A DNA stretch of 38,899 nucleotides from Craspedostauros australis (lineage: Eukaryota): NCBI GenBank assembly GCA_030167865.1, contig JALAGF010001598.1, forward strand, positions 1-38,899, read 5' to 3'. Below are positions 11,701 to 25,077 of the stretch, in pieces (positions within the stretch are counted from its first letter, which is position 1; each line of letters begins with the position of its first letter). The position numbers and the translations under genes are program-made. The notes below the pieces were generated by a model, which worked only from the letters and a program-made list of their open reading frames with translations, was not told the origin of the DNA and made no database searches.

Positions 11701-14129
11701 ACATGATGGCCCGCAGCCTCTGCCTCATCACGCTGGACTTTTCGGCATCGTCGTCATCATCCGTTGCACACAAGAGCAAGGACAGCTCCAGCCATCATCA
11801 TCAAAGCGCGGGCGTGAACATGCTCCTGGTTGGTCTGGGCGATGGCACTTTGGTTTCGTTCGCCCTTGTGCAACCGGAGGATGGCCGACCAGTTCGAGTG
11901 CAGTCCCGAAAGGAGGTTAGCTTGGGCTCGCAGCGCATCAATCTCATTCCCCTCCGCACCGAACGCGGTGGCACGTGCGTTCTGGCGACCGGCGACCGTC
12001 CCACAGTGATCTACCTGGCCGGCATCAGCGGAACAGCTTCGTCGTCAAGCGATAACTTCAACCCGAAGCTTTGCTATTCCAATGTGAATCTGTCGACGGA
12101 AGAGAACGATGGCGGAGCCGAAGGTGGCGACCTTGGCAGGCCTCGCGGACACAAGAACATCGCTGTCAACGTGGCGGCGCCGTTCTTCTCGCCGTTGTTG
12201 TTCGATCAGTCCATGGGCACAGGTCACTACTCTCTCTGCGTTGCAGATGACTCCAACCTCCGACTGGGCGTGATCGATGACATCCAAAAGCTCCATGTCA
12301 CCACCTGCCACCTGGGCATGGCGCCACGACGAGTCGCCTACTGCGCGGAAGGACGATTCTTCGCCGTCGGCTGTATCGAAAGTGGAATCAAACACCCGGG
12401 CATTGGCGGCGCCGATGTCAACATGGCCAACTGTGTCCGATTCATCGATGATACCACGTTCGAAGACATTGAGAAGTAAGTTTGTGACTCTTGCTTGCTT
12501 GCAACGACGTGGCGTTACATTGCGTGGCCTGTCCTCATCCCAAGCTCATGCTTGAACAAGATCCTCACAACATGCCTTTTTGCGCTCGTGTGTTTTCAAC
12601 CTCTTTACATATCCTGCTATTTATTGCTGTTGTCGCTGTTGCTCCTTCATGTTTGGTTCTTGCCTCTTGCGTATCGTACTCTGTTGTTCTTGTTTTCTTT
12701 TTGTTACAGGATCGATCTGGATCCATTTGAAATGATCAAGTCGATGGAGTATGTCATGCTGGATGTCAAGGACGCTTCAGCGGCATCGGGTGCAGGAATG
12801 GAATCCATCAACACGTCGGGGAGAAGGAAGTACTTGTTGTTGGGCACGGCGTACGGTCTGCCTGATGAGGATGAACCAACGAAGGGACGGATTCTGGTCA
12901 TATCGTGCTGTCCGGATGACGGACTTGATGCGGTGTCGAAAGAGATTCGAATTGTGACCGAGTTCCAAGTTCGAGGGGCTGTGTATTCCATCGGGCAATT
13001 CCATGGCGGCCGCTTCTTAGCATGCATCAATTCCAAGACGCAGCTGTTCCATCTGTTGAGCGACGGGACTGCGAGCATGCGTCTTGCAATTGTGGGAGTC
13101 GGACATCATGGGCACACGCTCAGTCTGCAGGTCAAAAGCCGTGCGAATGACATGCTCGCACCGGTTCGAAGCGGCGCGTCTGGCGGTGCAGACAAGACGG
13201 GTGATGAGCTCGGCGAAAGCAAAGCCGAAGCGCCACAAACAGAGCAGCTCGCCATCGTTGGCGATTTGGTGCGCTCGATCTCGTTGGTTGAGTATTACCC
13301 AGAGCACAACACCGTCGAGGAGGTGGCGCGTGACTTCAATGCTAACGACACCACAGCGATCGAAATGTTGACGGACGATGTGTACCTCGGCGCCGAAGCG
13401 TACAACAACCTCTTCGTGCTGAAACGTAATCGCGCGGCTCAGAGCGATGCCATGCGTTGCCGGTTGGACACGATCGGCGAGTTCCATCTGGGGGAGATGT
13501 GCAACAAGTTCATGGGTGGCAGCCTCGTCATGCCGCAAACGTCGGCATCCAACGCATCAGGACAAGGAAGTGGCGGCGGCAGCGGCAGTACCGATGGGCG
13601 AAACCGTCGAAGATCCATCGCCTCGTCGAAGAAAACGATGGAGTCATCCCAAATGAGCGGCGGGGCGCAATCCGCCACGAGTCGCTCGCGTCGGCCTTCG
13701 GTCGTTGTGGGCAGCCAGACCCTTTTCGGGACGGTGGACGGGACTCTCGGATGCATCTTGGGATTGGACGGTCCCACCGCCGCGTTCTTTGCCTGCTTGG
13801 AGCGCTCCATGCAACGGACTATCAAGCCCATCGGCGGTTTCAGCCATCAGATGTTCCGTGCCTTCAGCGGCGAGAAGCGCCAGTACCCAAGCCACGGATT
13901 CGTGGACGGCGACATGATCGAAGCGTTCATGGATCTGGACCGACTGACGATGCAAAAGATCGTGACGTACATGAACAAGGACGGAGGCTGGGAGATGGAT
14001 GATGTCATGATGGACTACGGCAGCGACAAGAACGGCAGCGCCTCCGGTGACATGATGGAGGACGTCCGTCCAGCATTGTCGGTAGACGATGTGCTTGCGT
14101 TGGTGGAAGAGATCGCCATGTTGCACTAA
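8745..14129 (+). CDS. DDB1: DNA damage-binding protein 1 (CUL4 adaptor), 3 exons, ~1602 aa
   Basis: Matches to DDB1 include N-terminal HYVVTSHPP..CNFT..DVIIAKSRRLEI, VFVGSEVGDSQLI, HLGPIVDF, GSLRVIRNGIG, GVIDDIQKLHV, VGDLVRSISL, EEVARDFN, GEFHLGEMCNKF and GFVDGDMIEAF. Introns are 8868-9209 and 12476-12709. Confidence 0.93.
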
Positions 14130-14479
14130 ACGAATTTAACACCGGGGGTTTGCCATGGCTGCGATGGTTGGGAGAGACAGTTGGCCAGAGAGATGAGTGG
14201 ATGGCGAGCAATGGGCCGAATGTTCGCAGGATGCCACATGCCGATGCGTCCACTCTTCCTCGCAAACAAACACAAATAGGAATAGGTACAACTCTCTGAA
14301 ATCGGACCAGCAGCAATTTTCCACTTCATGGGCTGTTCGTCTCCAATACCCCATGCATCCCGTTCCTGCGCTTCGCTAATGATGCTGTGTGGTTTCTAGT
14401 TTTGTTAGCGGAATACGAGTACTGTGAACCATTCTATCATGTGCTGGCTGCCTGGCTGGCTATCTGACTGGCTGATTGT

Positions 14480-15554
14480 TTAGGCCAGCTTTGGCATGAA
14501 GCTGCCCAAGACGTTGTTGTAGAGCTCTTCGCGCTTGCCCCAACGCTTGTCCTTGGCGCTGGCATCGATGCTCCAAAGCTTGCCCTTGCAGACGCAGAGC
14601 TGCAGGAGCTGGTGGGTGCCGTCGCTGATGAGGAAGTCGAATTTGTAAAAGAGGATGCCGTCAGTCTGTCGCTCTTCCGCGCTGATGAGCTTGGCGCTGC
14701 GCTTGGAGGCGAGAGATTCTCCAAGGGCCTTGACGTCACCGAGGACGCCGATGGATGCGGTGGTGGACTTGACCGGCGTGGAGCTGATCTTGATGTTCTC
14801 GTTGGGATCGACGAGATCCTGCCACTTGATGTCGTAGGCGCCGACCTCACCCTCGAACTTGTTCCATCCGGATGGGACCATCATTTTGATGCTGCGTGGT
14901 CCGTCTTGGAATGGTTCCTGTATGCATTAGAAGGTAAAATGGTATAGCCGTGTTAATGATACATGGTATGATAATGGCATTAGGATCGTGTCACATGGAC
15001 ATCCGAGAATGCAATGCCATGCCGATCGGTTGTCATATTTGTTTCGTGGAGAGACAGAAGCGGAGTCATCGAGATGGCGGTAAGAAAAATGGGGATGGGC
15101 AGGGAAGCAATAGAGCAGAGCATGAGAACATGCATGTCCACAGCATACTCGCAAAGTATGCAGGCGTGCTCATAGTCGTACTCATAGTTGTACTCTCATG
15201 GTTGTGTGGCCAATCCAAATGGGAATCCATCGTGATCGTGATCATCATCACCTTCGTCAACACGGCCATCTGTTCGATCCGATACTGCGTTCGCAGACTT
15301 GTTGCCACATTTAGTAACTTCGTTTCACGCAATGAACTCACGAGGAGACCTCCCATTCTGGTGACGATGCGCGGCGTCTCTTCTTCGACGAGCGCCGAGG
15401 CTGGTTGCGTGGCGAGGAAGGCTGGGACGGCTGCGGTCATGGCACCACCGATGGCAGCCTTGAAGGCATCTCTGCGTGACACATCGACCGAGAAGGCAGC
15501 GACGTTTCCAACGACGCAGACTGCCAGGATGGAGGCAATTCGGAATGAGATCAT
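14480..15554 (-). CDS. PsbP-domain thylakoid lumen protein, 2 exons, ~216 aa
   Basis: Signal peptide ending VAA-F (ASAF-type), twin-arginine SRRDAF with hydrophobic stretch and ASA cleavage, then a PsbP-like domain (VPSGW..DIKWQD..YKFDF..GKLWSIDASAKDKRW..SF). Intron 14918-15341, phase 0. Confidence 0.88.
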
Positions 15555-16143
15555 CGTTAAGCAAGTTCCTCGTATTGTATTCTCTGTTGATAGTTCTGTG
15601 CAACTACCAGTGTTGCTGTTGCTTTATGCGGTTGACGGAAGATATCTGCGTGCCAGAGAGAGAGAGAGATGATCTGCTTGATTGTTCGCGTTTCCCTGCT
15701 TCGATCCAGAGCGGGTCGTTTGGTACGCGTATCAACGCCGATGAGTTGGTTTGGATTTGGTCGTCGTGACACCACGCACACACATCATCATCAGCACCAA
15801 CTCCATCGTCATCGTTTCCAGTCGTTGTTGTTGTCGTCGCGATCTTTCCATCCCTCAAATTGTTTGTTGTTAATCGAACGAGTCAATGGTTGGAAAGGAG
15901 AACAAATGATGACGCCAACAACACAGACATCTCACCAACTCAGACATTTTTCTGCGCAATGCTCGCACGCCACTCGTGCCTCCCTCATTACCACTTGAAC
16001 GAAATGAGATGAAGCAAGATGAAGGTATCGTGTCACAAACTGAATCCCAAGAAAAGAAGAGAAGGAGCAAGTGCAGCACAATCCCATGTAACAGGTCCAA
16101 CATCAGCAACAACCACCCCGCAAGTCATCCAAGCAGCCAAAGA

Positions 16144-17655
16144 ATGCTGGAATCCTTCATCCCGGCTGTCGTTCCACCAGAGGACGTGGATGAGGTGATC
16201 GGCCGTTTCCAGACGTTCATCCAATTCGAAACGGTGTCCGCAACTGCCCCCTCCACCGGAGCCTACAAGGCATGTGCCGACTACTTGCTGCAGCTGCTGC
16301 GTCAGATCGAACCGCTGACCGACATCCACCTGCTGCCCGAGGCGCCGGATCATTCGCCAGTCGTCGTGGCACGATGGCAAGGCAAGGATTCCACGCTGCC
16401 CATCCTGCTGCTCAATTCGCACTACGATGTCGTGCCGGCCGATGTCGCGGCATGGACGGTGCCGCCCTTTGAGGGGTTGCGCAAGGATGGCAGGATCTAC
16501 GGCAGAGGCACGCAGGACATGAAGTGCGTGTGCCTGCAGTACCTGGAGGCCGTGCGCGCGCTGCATCGCGATCAGCCCGAGTGGCGGCCGCAGCGAGATA
16601 TCTATTTCACCTTCGTGCCAGATGAAGAGATCGGGGGTGCGGGTATGGCGGCGTTTCTGGAATCGAAGCTGTACACGGGATTGCCGGCAGGGGTTGCCCT
16701 GGCGTTGGATGAAGGCCTGGCGAGCACGACTGACAGTTTTGATGTGTTTTATGGGGAGAGGTTGCCATGGTGGGTGGATGGTAAGTTGTTTGTGCCGAGG
16801 CACTGTGCCTGTGTTTTTGTTTGTGCAAACGTTGGTCTGTGCCAGTGTGAAGGCTCTTGACGCTATTTTTCTGTCAACATCTCTCTCATGTGCTCTATGT
16901 GTGCTCAGCTTCGCACCCTCCTCGCTTTTCTCGCAGTCACCGCGACCGGACCAACTGGACATGGCAGCCGGTTCATCGACAATACGGCAGTCGAGCAGCT
17001 GGTGGAACTTGCCAACAAAGCACTTGCCTTCCGCCAAGGACAACGGGATGAATTGGGGATGAAGGAGCACGAGAACTGCGCGCATGCCGTCGCTCGCAAG
17101 ACCTTGGGCGATGTCACCAGTTTGAATATCACCACGTTGGAAGCCGGTGTGCGCGTGGGCAACACCTACGCCTACAACTGCGTTCCGCCGCAGGCCAAGT
17201 GCAGCCTCGACATTCGCATCTCACCGCACGTGCGGCCGGACGAGATGAAGGACATGCTGGATACGTGGTGCGAGGAGTGTACCAAGGATGCTGATGCCGG
17301 CAGCTCCGTGTCTTGGGAATTCATCGGAGATGGCGCCATGAAGCACGCCACCACAAACACTGATCGCGCCATCAATCCCTGGTACGCTGTCTTCTGCGAT
17401 GCGCTCGAGGGCATGGGATGCAAGATCGTGCCGCAGATCTTTCCGGCGGCCACGGACTCACGGTTCTTGCGGGCGTTGGGAATTCGCGCGCTTGGGTTCA
17501 GCCCCATGAGGAAGACGGAGATCATGCTGCACGAACATGACGAGTACATTCCCGAATCGACCTACCTGGAAGGCATTGGAGTGTACGTGACGCTGCTGGA
17601 GAAGCTTGGTTCGCAAGGAAAGACCATTGATTCTGCGGGCAAGGTGTCGGCGTAG
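16144..17655 (+). CDS. ACY1: Aminoacylase-1-like M20 metallopeptidase, 2 exons, ~451 aa
   Basis: LLNSHYDVVP, YGRGTQDMK, PDEEIGG, LDEGLA, FYGER, GPTGHGSR, FPAATDSRFLRALGIRALGFSPM and LHEHDE. Intron 16781-16936. The start could lie further upstream in frame. Confidence 0.92.
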
Positions 17656-17921
17656 GGCAGATTCATAGGATGTGATACATACATTTATGGCATGAAGCAC
17701 GTACGTGGAGCAGAAGACGCTTAGCCAAGCTGGATATGGTATTAATAACAAATGGAAGACACGTTTCGCGACGTTACGGTTATAGATTTAGATATTGATA
17801 AGACTACGATACACTACGAGTACTTCCATTGAATAGAAATGAGATGGAATAAGAATGAATGCTGGTTGCATTGCGTTGGCTGATGTTGGCGTTCAACGCG
17901 GTGCAACGCTACGCTGCGCTA

Positions 17922-20169
17922 TCATGCGGCTGCCACTTGCCTCTGATTTTTGCTGCGAAGGCCCAGTTTCGTGAACAGTATTCTCAGGTACATTTCCCAG
18001 ATGGATCGTTGCTTCTTGTGCACGTGCCGTCTGCTGCCCCAGATGGGCGCGTTGCAGATCTTGCGTGGCTGCTGCACAGTGCCCATTATGCACGGCACGC
18101 CGCTCGCCAGCTTCGCTCGTACCAGTTTGGTTTCGCTGGTCGGCACGATGACGTCGCCATCCAGCCTACCTGAAAGGAACGTGAGTCCAGCCATGGACCA
18201 TGATGACGGTGCTTTGAACATGGATATCGATGCTGCTTTCTCCAGCACGACTTTCCTGTCTGCGGTGTCTGCGCCAGCCAAGGTCAGCAATGATCGTGGT
18301 GGGACTCGGTGCCTGTCGCACACAAACGCAAGATCGTTGCAGAGCGCATGCATATGTATATATGTATGGAAATGCGAGCAAGCGAGCACATCACCATTTG
18401 ACACAGTGGATGAATGAATGATTGGTTTCAATCGATAGAATAGATGCATGGTCAAAGAGATGGTGTGAGCTTCGAGTCGACGATTGTCCAACGTACAGTA
18501 CAAGAAAGGCGAAGTATGTTCCATACTGGCCACATTGCCTTCATCGTGTCACAGGATTCAACAGTCAAGTAGCGCAGCAGGCAGCACAACTTGGAGATGC
18601 TAGTTGGCGAACGTTGTGCAAGGACGCATACAATGGGGGCGTGCGGGCTTGCTTACATGATGGAAATGGCATCTTCGATGATCTCCTGCGCTGTGACGTT
18701 GCTATCGCCTTCCACCGTCTCATCGCTGACAATGGATTTGGTGAGCGCCTTGATGGTGATGAACATCATGCCAGTATCCTCGCTTTCTCCTACAGATAAG
18801 ATTTCTCGTTTAAGAACGGGATGGGTGAGGATGGCGACGGAGACGTAGAACGGGAGCATTGGATGGCCGGCGATGAAAGCATCGATGAGCCGGACCGCCA
18901 CGGCGTGGTTGTGGATGTCATGTGTGAACCATGTGATCATCCATGGCAGGCAGAGATTGGAGAGGTCCATGTCGCAAACGGCGAGCGCGTAATGGACGTT
19001 AGCATCAATCTTCTCCACCAGCGGCATGAGCAGTATCGACAACAACCAGCTGACGTTTCCGAAGTTCTCCCGGAGGGCGTCCCTCAAATGCGATTGACAT
19101 ATTCTGCGCATGATCTGCGTGCTCTTCTGCGTGTCGTAGTCCATGTTGTGGAGGATGACTGCGGCGATGTCGTGCAGACCTTGGTAGTAATGGATCTTCC
19201 CGTCCTTGCCTGGGTTCAGCGGGCTCGATATGACCGATTCCAAGACCTGCGCCAACAAGTCGCTGGCGTACACCGGCGCCACGGAGTTGCTCTCTCCCTT
19301 GGACGATTGTCCCGACGGGGTGTTATCGGATTCGTTTGACATTGAGGAGTTGTCGACAGTGCTGAGATCGCCGGAAACGCGGAAACGAAAAATGACGGAT
19401 CTGCCGACATCTCGTCGGATCAGATCCCTCTCCTTGGATTCCAGTTTGCGCATGTTGTCCAGCGCCGCCTTATCTGCTGCTTTGCTGGCCACTTTGTTGC
19501 GCACTTTGGACTTCGACTTGTCAACCTTCCGCTCCAGCCTTCGGATCTGATACTCGCAGCGATCTAGTTTGACTCGAACCGACGAATCATCCGCCTCGTC
19601 CTGCTGTATCCCCACTAGTCTCAGCCATGCTCTCTGTCGTAGTTTTCCTATTTGCGAGTACATTCAGTGTATTGGCATTGTCCAGTGCGTACGATCGAGT
19701 GTGAGTTGATTGCATTTGGTGGTGATGTCCGTTTGAATTTGAATCCGATCCCAAGGAGAGGAGCACAGCGCGATGTTGCGTATTTGCCGTTGAGGTATGC
19801 ATCAGTATCGCATTGTGGTGTATAATGTTCCATTTGATTGGGTTGCAATGCGTTGCATTGAATCATGTGAGTGAGATGAGTCGAACGAATTCCTGATCCA
19901 CACAATCAAGCATCCTCACAATCATGATCAACAAGCAAGCAGGCAGGTAGGCACATGTGCATGCACGTATGCAAGCAAGCAGACAATCACACAAGCAGAG
20001 AGGAGGGTCTACACTTACCCTTGAGCAAGCCGCCTTTGGTGAGGGCAAGTTCTCGCAGATGCCACAGGTCCAATGGATCACGATTGAGGCATTGTTCGAT
20101 TGCGATGGCCTTTTCATCCTTCTCGGATGAGGGTAATCGTGACGGTGTGGTGTTTATTATCATGCTCAT
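17922..20169 (-). CDS. TBC-domain Rab GTPase-activating protein (TBC1D20/Gyp8-like), 3 exons, ~510 aa
   Basis: LRELALTKGGLL|GKLRQRAWLRL, arginine finger IRRDVGRS, glutamine finger YYQGLHDI, LPWMITWFTHD and RLIDAFIAGHP. Introns 19648-20018 and 18313-18656 keep the frame. The start codon is uncertain. Confidence 0.87.
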
Positions 20170-21676
20170 GGTGATGATGGTGATGATGCTGACGATGCTG
20201 GTGTTGGTGTTTGCCCTTGTTTGCTTGATCGCACGCTTGGTTGCTTCAGTTTGCTGGTGCTGATGTTCGTGCTGATGGCTGTGCTGACGGTCGTGCTTCT
20301 TGGCTGTGGGTTGCGCGAAATGATCTGATTTGGTCCCTCCCAAGAAGTGTTCTGATCTTCACTTTCCCAGTCCACGGACGCACCGGTCCTTGTTGCTGAT
20401 GCCCCTCCGCGCCTGCGCCTGCGTCTACGCTTCTCCGGTGTCAACAATAGGCTTCCGCTGCAAATGCCTTCGCGCGTGTGCTTCTTTGTCTCTTTCTTTC
20501 GATGTCAGATCAAAGTATCTCTTCCGACGTTTCTCTTGCCTTTCTCGTTTCTCCAGAACAGGGGCTAATCCGATCTTTGAGCGCTGACACGATCGTCTTC
20601 GGATGAATGATGGGAGACAACTGCAATCGAAGCCAAACACGGTGAAGATACGAGGTGTTGACGAAGAAGAGATGGAGACAGAGTGATAGAATGATGGAGT
20701 GATGGAGTCTTCGTGTGTTGGTTTGGTGTGATGTTGTCCAGCACAGAGAAGTGACAGCCCAACGCGGCCTCTCACCAGATGCTTGACGCGAAAGGAGATT
20801 GCCTTGGTTCGTCGCTGTTCGCAATTGTGTGGGAAAACGAGTTGTCTTGATTGATGTCTTGTTGCGGTGGTGTGCTGTTTCGGCGCGTCGTGTTGCTGTG
20901 TTGTGGGCTTTCTTGGCTCTTTCTCGAGTCGGCTGCTCTGTGGTGGTGGGATTCGCCAACACCCATTTCGCGTCTTCTTGGTCGTGCCTTCGTGTCCCGC
21001 ATAGCGCGTGTTCGATTGATCGACCAGACGGACCCGTTCCACTCTTGCGATTGAATTCGCAACGATAACGCTTTTTACCGTTCGTCTCATGTGACACCAC
21101 GAAGACGAGAACTTTCCTTCCCAAAATGTGGCGAGGCAACAAGAACCGTTGTCTGTTTGTTCGGTTCGTTGTGTTCTTGTTGCTGTTGTGGAGTGATGCT
21201 GCACCCTCTTGGAGGCAACGCTCTCGATGATGACGTCGACCATGGTGATCATCGCGATGCGACGTTGTTGTCTCCAACATGTTCGGAGGCTTGGCTCATC
21301 GCCGAGTCGAGTCGAGCTCTTGCGATGTTGCGATGTTGCATCGAAATCAAATTGCGATCATCGCTGCGATGGGCAAAATGTTCTCTCGTCTCGCAGATTG
21401 ATGGGTGGGACTGAGTGAGTCACGACGAGTACGTGGTGTGTCTTTCTGTCCTTCTGATGGGTACACAAACTGTCAACAACACACAAGACGGCGATGCGTG
21501 ATGGATGATGGATGAGTGACGATGGTGACGATCGCAACGACGACTATGCCATGGATGGTGTGAGCGCCGATGATCACACACGCTCCTCACCATTACAACA
21601 ACGAGTACTCGTCCTCGCACTCGTACTGTCAACAAACCGACAGATCAATCCAGACCCATCAGACACAACAAGCACG

Positions 21677-22243
21677 ATGAAATCCTCTTTCGATACCTCC
21701 ACCTGCCGCTCGTCATCGGCAGTGTTGCTGTTGCTGTTGCTTCAATCGCTGCAGATTGTCACAGTCAATGCATACGGCGTATTAAAGCCATCTGCGGTGC
21801 CTCCGCCGCAATGCATCCCAACGAAAGGAATCTCGCATGAGCCCATGTCACGCAGAGGCATGTTGGCGACTGCATCCATCTTGACGGCAATCGCAACAAC
21901 AACGACGACGACAGCACACGATGCCGCCAACGCCCTGGACTTTGATGCATTCATGAAGGCCGAATTGGACAAGGATGCCGACAAATGCAACGAGGCGTTG
22001 GACAAGAAGTGCAAGCCCAAACTCTCGGAGGACGAAGCCACGTGTCGATTCGGACAGCCCAGCAAGGCGACGGGAGAAGCCTGCGTGCGTGCCGGTCTGC
22101 CAATCTCGCGCCCCGGCGGTGTCGACGCGTTTGGCAAGATGGATCGCGGAGATTACGTCACGTGCAAGACCATTTATGTCGACGATGGCAAAAAGTACGT
22201 CAAGACGCGGCAATGCAGCGATGGACGCGTGGAGGAGCTGTGA
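21677..22243 (+). CDS. Putative thylakoid-lumen protein of unknown function, 188 aa, six Cys in the mature domain
   Basis: Hydrophobic signal ending VNA-Y, then SRRGML..hydrophobic..ANA (Tat-type lumen signal). The mature part has coding-like codon usage. Confidence 0.75.
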   Translation: MKSSFDTSTCRSSSAVLLLLLLQSLQIVTVNAYGVLKPSAVPPPQCIPTKGISHEPMSRRGMLATASILTAIATTTTTTAHDAANALDFDAFMKAELDKDADKCNEALDKKCKPKLSEDEATCRFGQPSKATGEACVRAGLPISRPGGVDAFGKMDRGDYVTCKTIYVDDGKKYVKTRQCSDGRVEEL

Positions 22244-22994
22244 GTTATGGAATGGATGCTGCGATTATGATTATGCGAAGAGGCTCAGAGGGGTCAGTGA
22301 CGATCGCACTGACCATGATGGCAACTCAAGGGAGAACCCAGCATGAGCCGACGTCATGAACACCACACGAATTGGCAGAGTTCACGTGGTGCAACTATGC
22401 CTCCACTCTACAAGTACGAATATGATTGATACTGGTAAAATCCAATGGTGCGAGAGCTGCACACAGCCAATTCCACTGATCCATTCAACGCGTTGATGTT
22501 TACAATGCATCACACACAGCGCAGCAATGGCGTCCCAGCAGTTTGAGGGATGTCGAGTGAACGACGTACTATTCGTATTGCATCGGAGATGAATAGCAAC
22601 GTCGCGGACCTGGAACCAGTGCGAGCCCCATCTTCCGAATACCCCGCAGCAAGAAAGACCGACAGTAAAATGCACGCAGTATAGTACTCATTCTCCTCTA
22701 TTGCAATACAGCATACCATCGTAATTCCAGACAAAACGCTGCTTTGGCTCTCTATGCAACCGTACTATTGTAATACTGCATTGCTGTTATGTTATTTTGG
22801 AAAAGTTACGCATTCTCCAGAATCTTTGTGATTCCTCGATGGCTCTGCGTGTGACAGATAGGAGCAGGAGAAGGGGGCAGAGCCATGAGCCGCATGCCGT
22901 CGTGCTGCATGCATGGGCTTGTCATGATTGGTTGTTGTTGTGGTTGCTGCTGTTGTGGACACGGAGATGGAACAAGAGGTGAGCGATGTCGCAA

Positions 22995-25077
22995 TCATTG
23001 CTGAACCGCCTGGACTTCTCGGACAATCGGTGCGGCTTCGGTCTGCGTCGATGATCCGGCGCTTGCGTTGATGCCACGGTGCACTCGGATCAGACCGATC
23101 GTCGCGTTGATCAAACGTCCGGCGAAAAACACATTCATTGCGTTAGACCAGATATCGATCACACTCTTTGCCACCAGCAGCTGACGCATTCCGGCGAGCG
23201 TTGCGATCGCAGTGCCGATTCCCATGAAACGGAATTGCTTGGAATCACCGAGGACCAAACCCTCCAGGCACAGCGTGACGCTAACCAACACCTGCTGCAC
23301 AGCCATGTACGGGATGAGATCGCCAATGAAGGCCTGGACTGTGGCGTCGGAGGTGAAGATTGCGGGGATGATCTTGGCGCACAATGCGACAAGCGTTCCC
23401 ATGCCAACGCCTTGCAGCAGACTATACTTGGCCATGTACTTCGTCAACGACCTCGCCTTGGGCTTGTCGGTCATGCTCTTGCTCATGAGCACTTGGCCAG
23501 ACACGGAGCCTGAATCGAGCCAGAACGTCGTCATCCACCAGAAGCTCAGCGCCACTTGGTGGGCAGCAACGTGGATCGGTCCCATGCGAGTGGCCTGCGC
23601 TGTTGCGAGGGAGTAGAAGAAGAGCATGGAGCCTGACTTGGCGAACATGGCAAGGTTCGCTCCGAGGATGGCCTTCACGACGCGAACGACGTCGACCTTC
23701 TTGCCTTCCTCCTTGTCCGCTGGCTGTGGCAGCAGCTTCTTCTGTTGCATCCTGATCCAGTACACTATCGCAGCGCCGAACTGGGATAGGGCGGTGGCAG
23801 CTGCTGCACCCACCATGCCCATCTTCATTGGGAACATGAACAGAGGGTCCAAAATAAGATTGACGAGTGCTGCGGCGGTGCTGGCGAGAAGCGGGGTCTT
23901 GGAATCTCCTGATCCGCGGAAGGCGCCTTCCGCCACAACGACTGTGGGGGGAGTAGTGGTTGAAAGCGAGCATGCAGCAAAGAAGCAACAAAGGAGAACA
24001 GCCGTAGTTAGCGCATGGTGTACGTACGAGCAGGGAGTACTGGCTGATCCATAGAATCAAAGTGCTCGTGTCGTAGACATGTACTCGATCAGGAGCAACC
24101 ATACATGTACATATCATCACCACCATTGTGGGAACACAGAACAAGAATGGACAAGAGTACATGATGGCCCAGCACTTACTTCCGACAACCGCTGGTGCTG
24201 CCCAGCACCGAGCAAAGAGATAGTCCTGCGCTGGCTTGTAGAGCGGAGAGGTCGGGTGGGCACCCATCGCCGAAAGGATAGCGGGGCCGCCGAAGCGAAG
24301 GAGCATGAGCACCATCGAACCGAGCAGCCCTGCGAGCTGCAGGGAGATCTTGGTGATCTGCCGAGCCTCCTGCTTGGTTTCTGCGCTGCCGACCAATGAT
24401 GTCGTGGCGACAGTCGAGGCGCGGAAGATGGTGAAGGTCATGTGGAAGATGGACGTGCACACGCCCAACGCTGCGAGATCGACGGCGCTGATTCGTCCCA
24501 CGAAGGCCGTGTCCACCAGCGAGAGGATGGGATCGGCGAGAAGGCCCAGCAGAGCCGGCATCGCGATGGAAAGGTTCTGCTTCGTCCATCCGTACGACTT
24601 GTCATTCTTTGCGCTGCGTTGTTGCTGTCGCTGTCGACGCAATGGCCTCAGGACCCTCGAGGAGAGCAAGTTCTGCAGACGGGCACGCAGCTGTTGACGT
24701 TTCTTCTGCTGCAGGTGTTGCTCGTCCTGTTGAGGAGAGGAGAGTCCAGGAGGCACGATGGAGCCATCGTCGAAGTCACCTCGTGGCGATGGTGCTGCAC
24801 TGGATGCCTTCAGCGGGCGCAACCGTTCATGGCATTGTCCACCAGCACTGAACGTGTTCGTAACTTCGTACACCTTCGCATTCTGGTGTTGATGATGACT
24901 CGAACGATGGCGTTGGTGTGGGGTCACCAATGCATCACAAAGGGCCGCTGGTCGCGATCCATTGGTGTGGCTCGAAGCCAGCACAAGCACGATCGCGAAA
25001 AGAAGCGAAGCCTTGCGAACATGGAAGTTGCGCAGGCCGGGGTGATTGAAATCGCATTCCTGCGATGTGTTCTTCAT
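22995..25077 (-). CDS. MATE-family (DinF/FRD3-like) transporter, 2 exons, ~614 aa, possibly plastid-targeted
   Basis: IAMPALLGLLADPILSLVDTAFVGRI..LAALGV, AEGAFRGSGDSKTPL, NLILDPLFMF..GMVGAAAAT and AAHQVA. Intron 23942-24179. An alternative in-frame ATG lies at 25371. Confidence 0.9.

Noticed and set aside
16033..17085. 350-aa minus-strand ORF
   Set aside because: It is antisense to the aminoacylase gene and has no recognisable motifs.
20425..21280. Overlapping 256-275 aa ORFs between the TBC and lumen-protein genes
   Set aside because: They are low-complexity Thr/Gln/His/Arg translations typical of CAA-rich UTR or promoter DNA, with no domain signal.
23422..24179. C-terminal third of the 649-aa ORF 23422-25371
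   Set aside because: It reads through the MATE intron (23942-24179) into the wrong frame; the spliced model restores the MATE motifs.
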